Shown: positions 63,052 to 64,000 of the stretch, piece by piece
How positions within the stretch are numbered: the first letter of the stretch is position 1
Layout: each line of letters begins with the position of its first letter
DNA from: an uncultured virus (IMG/VR IMGVR_UViG_3300020472_000011)
Taxonomy: Duplodnaviria > Heunggongvirae > Uroviricota > Caudoviricetes
Length of the DNA stretch: 64,000 bases
IMG/VR virus record: IMGVR_UViG_3300020472_000011
Location: 1 to 64,000 of that record
Reading direction: 5' to 3' (one strand)
Program-made: the position numbers and the translations under genes
Notes under the pieces: generated by a model
What the model was told of the DNA's origin: nothing
Databases searched by the model: none
The model's input: only the letters and a program-made list of their open reading frames with translations

Positions 63052-64000
63052 TTAGAATTCGATTACTAGTTTGATGTCCTCAATTTGGTCAGCAGCTCTA
63101 GTAATTTGTCTTCTGTTCTCTATGTATACGATTTCGCCAGAGTTTGCAGCGAGTTCGGGAGATGCAAGACCGCCTGTAAATCCAATGTCAGACACGGTTC
63201 CATTAGCACCAGTATCTATATTTCCACTAGCTGTGGATGATTGACCTACAACGGCATTTGCTGCATTCGATTCGAATGCTCTAACAACTCCAGTGTCACT
63301 ATGTAACTCTGGTGATTGGTAATACTTAAGTACTCCTGTAGTACCATCCCAAGAAACAACTTTACCATATGCTGTTCCACCAGTAACTGACTGGAAGATA
63401 TCTTCATCTACAGTATAATCTGCTGTTGCTCCATTAACTTTTAGTACAGCTGTACCACGTAATGTTGAAGCAGAAGCAAAGTTAGTTGTTCCGAAATCAT
63501 ATGGATCTTGGATAATTCCAATTCTACGGAAGTCATTATCAACAGGGAAGTCTCCACTACCCTCATCATATGTCAAACGTACATTTGTCATGACACGTTT
63601 AGAGAATAACTCATTCTCTGCGTCAGAACCATGTCCTCCTGTTGGAGAAATAACAACCTCTATGGAAGCAACTCCAGTGAATGCACTAGCAGCAGATGTA
63701 AGACCTGCATCAGTAAATACTTTACCAGTTTCTAGAATTGTTGATCCATAAGTATATCCACTACCTACAGCTTCCATTTCAGCAGTAGTGATGGTTCCAG
63801 AACCGTCTGTAGCGAATTTAACAATAGCACCTGACCCATCACCATATACAGGAGTATAAAGTGTTGCAGTAGCAGGAAGAGCAGCACCAGCATCTTCAAC
63901 AACTGGTACATGTACACCACCATCAACTGCCTGTCCAATTACAGTCACCCTACTTGCTTCAGTTGCCTCAACAATAGGCATGAAGTCTGTTGATAGGAAT
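63052..64000 (-). CDS. gp8: Baseplate wedge subunit gp8 (5' part outside the window)
   Basis: FLSTDFMP, ISPTGGHG, DFPVDNDFRRIGII.DP, SGEIVYIENR..I.RAADQ.EDIKLVIEF. Confidence 0.92.
   Translation of the reverse strand, partial: FLSTDFMPIVEATEASRVTVIGQAVDGGVHVPVVEDAGAALPATATLYTPVYGDGSGAIVKFATDGSGTITTAEMEAVGSGYTYGSTILETGKVFTDAGLTSAASAFTGVASIEVVISPTGGHGSDAENELFSKRVMTNVRLTYDEGSGDFPVDNDFRRIGIIQDPYDFGTTNFASASTLRGTAVLKVNGATADYTVDEDIFQSVTGGTAYGKVVSWDGTTGVLKYYQSPELHSDTGVVRAFESNAANAVVGQSSTASGNIDTGANGTVSDIGFTGGLASPELAANSGEIVYIENRRQITRAADQIEDIKLVIEF

Noticed and set aside
1..64000. tRNA, rRNA, CRISPR arrays, introns, inteins, transposases
   Set aside because: Intergenic gaps are short and core genes have ordinary lengths; no regularly spaced repeats or cloverleaf sequences were seen by eye.

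Overview
A 64 kb segment of a T4-like myovirus genome. Gene order and protein sequences point to a marine cyanophage of the Prochlorococcus/Synechococcus type (host inferred, not shown directly). Almost all genes are on the minus strand. Read in transcription direction (right to left) the window contains: partial baseplate wedge gp8; a 2701-aa VrlC-like structural protein; several tail fibre, connector and chaperone genes; three paralogous Cys-rich, Gly-rich fibre-like genes; a ~9 kb enzyme cluster (GT9-like glycosyltransferase, two NodU/CmcH carbamoyltransferases, three 2OG-Fe(II) oxygenases, split HldE nucleotidyltransferase and kinase, HAD phosphatase, cupin, inverted HldD epimerase); then the core morphogenesis block gp13-gp23, gp3 and partial uvsY. 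T4-type late promoters (TATAAATA) and intrinsic terminators punctuate the region. Two signals stand out. (1) Inside the 1817-aa repeat gene, about 3 kb (41664-44690) of the coding strand is almost free of TAA/TAG/TGA in all three frames (4 triplets seen by eye, versus about 12 in the neighbouring 300 nt). (2) A late-promoter-driven NDP-heptose/carbamoylation cluster sits beside proteins with ~10% Cys, and its GT9 lacks the usual catalytic Asp, suggesting a phage system that decorates its own virion proteins (possibly Cys S-heptosylation). All family assignments come from motif recognition by eye; no database search was run.
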